A stretch of 64,000 nucleotides of DNA, from NCBI GenBank assembly GCA_963749075.1, contig CAVVLJ010000021.1:685555-749554 (forward strand), given 5' to 3'. Every line of letters starts with the position of its first letter. Position 1 is the stretch's first letter. Under the pieces are notes generated by a model. It was given only the letters and a program-made list of their open reading frames with translations, ran no database searches and was not told where the DNA came from. This stretch comes from an uncultured Pseudomonadota bacterium. Lineage in GTDB: Bacteria; Pseudomonadota; Alphaproteobacteria; JACZXZ01. A program made the translations under genes and the position numbers. Positions 62,796-64,000 of the stretch are shown here, in pieces.

Positions 62796-62882
62796 GCCTC
62801 GCGAAGCGAGGCTCCAATTGGGGCATCGGTTGAGTGAGCTGACTTCTGGCAGCAACCAGGATCTTTTTGAGCGAGGGTTGAT

Positions 62883-64000
62883 GTGAGTACAATAAAATCA
62901 TTGCTGGCCAGGCGTATTTACGCCGCTTTTCTGGGAATGTTGATCGTGCGGCCTGCACTTGGATCGAGTGTCATCCGAAGCTGGGAGTTCGATGTCAATA
63001 ACGACCGAGAGGGTTGGAGCGTCCCCGAGCGGATGACCGGCGCGGTGATGGGCGGTTCGTTGTGGTTGACGCCGACTCCGAAGGAAAAGGATCCCGAGAA
63101 GCTGACGAGCCTCAACTACCAGATTTACGGCGACTACAATGTTCTAAAGCGAATAGTTGCGGGGGAAAAGGCGAGCGAGACGGGTCCTTCGAATTCCGGT
63201 GGCTTGAGTATAGCGGGTCCCTCAAGTGTCGATATCGTCTCGCCTGGTGATCTGGGAATCGAGGCGTTGTCTCAATCGGATCAACAGCTCCAGGTCAAGG
63301 TGCGATTGCTGAATCTGTCACCGGCAACGAACCTCGATTTCAAATGGCGATCCAAGGATATGGCGAAGGACAGCTGGTCCTTGAAGCGCTGCAATCTGAA
63401 GCCCGACCTGAAACAATGGCAGGAAATTACCTGCTTCTTCGGCCGGCAGTGGCGCGGTACGGTCGATCAAATTGCGCTGGGCGTTTCGGAAAACGTCATC
63501 CGCGGCGATCTCTGGATCAATTCGATCCGGATCGAGGCTGGTCCAATGGAGCCCGTTCCGTTGCGCCCCGATGTAGTGAGCACGCGAATTGTCCCCAAAG
63601 TCTCCATACCGGGTCTGTCGCAGGCCGGCTTTGCCGATGCCTTCAAGGTGCTGGACGAGGGGCTCGTTGTGGATGTTCCGGCCTATGGCTTTCCCTATCC
63701 GTTTATGAAGGCATCAGGGGACGCCAAGTACGGCGACTACCCGTGGGCTCCGGACGCCACCCTCAACGCCGCCGCGGCCGCCTGGGTCAATCAACCCTTT
63801 GCCGAGAATGTCATGCGCGGATTTCATGAAGTGCAATCGCTCAATCCTGATGGGCGAATCAGTGGATACCCTTGGGAAGCCTTGATGGGGCAGGTAGGTG
63901 ATGTCAACCAGTGTCCGGGGTACTTCTTCGAGTCTGCCTACGCGATAGCCGTTCGTAGCCCGGATAGGGCTTTGCGCGCCGAGACGTATAGAAGAGTTGG
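62883..64000 (+). CDS. Secreted hypothetical protein, possibly glycoside hydrolase-like, partial
   Basis: Open frame from GTG 62883 to the window end; signal peptide MSTIKSLLARRIYAAFLGMLIVRPALG, WEF...EGW beta-domain, later W..D...NPDGRI. Missing from the ORF track. Confidence 0.65.
   Translation, partial: MSTIKSLLARRIYAAFLGMLIVRPALGSSVIRSWEFDVNNDREGWSVPERMTGAVMGGSLWLTPTPKEKDPEKLTSLNYQIYGDYNVLKRIVAGEKASETGPSNSGGLSIAGPSSVDIVSPGDLGIEALSQSDQQLQVKVRLLNLSPATNLDFKWRSKDMAKDSWSLKRCNLKPDLKQWQEITCFFGRQWRGTVDQIALGVSENVIRGDLWINSIRIEAGPMEPVPLRPDVVSTRIVPKVSIPGLSQAGFADAFKVLDEGLVVDVPAYGFPYPFMKASGDAKYGDYPWAPDATLNAAAAAWVNQPFAENVMRGFHEVQSLNPDGRISGYPWEALMGQVGDVNQCPGYFFESAYAIAVRSPDRALRAETYRRV

Overview
Positions 1 to about 51,950 are a very GC-rich alphaproteobacterial (Rhodospirillales-like) chromosome segment. 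It carries argB-engB-yidC-yidD-rnpA-rpmH, rlmI, two GGT-family genes, gpt, tRNA-Arg(ACG), an rpoH-family sigma factor, nudC, SRP RNA-dnaX-ybaB-recR, phaJ-ribF-lspA (no ileS), pgi, mutL, rsmD, rluB, tadA, msrB, bfr/bfd, purD and xseA. Three small TA-like modules and several families of palindromic MITE/REP-like repeats are interspersed, some nested inside one another. The most interesting feature is a lower-GC, integrase-less island of about 5.7 kb (about 36.75-42.45 kb) between the C26 hydrolase and tadA. It encodes a small acidic protein translationally coupled to a Rad50/RloC-like zinc-hook ABC ATPase with a HEPN-like plus Zn-ribbon tail, a dual-specificity phosphatase, and an XRE-HTH/IrrE-type metallopeptidase pair. 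That pair has three operator-like palindromes and diverges from a stand-alone GIY-YIG nuclease and a minimal PD-(D/E)xK nuclease. I infer a candidate DNA-damage-responsive anti-phage system. After about 52 kb the composition changes and indels become dense: an Aer-like MCP, a 5'-truncated group II intron, a kfrA fragment, an HDOD protein, a Tn4371-like ICE remnant and a selenocysteine formate dehydrogenase. An abrupt mid-gene join at about 61.4 kb leads into Acidobacteria-like DNA (TonB-receptor tail, IS630 remnant, secreted glycosidase-like gene). The tail is probably a low-coverage chimeric assembly, and many frameshifts are probably sequencing errors. All family calls come from motif recognition by eye; no searches were run.
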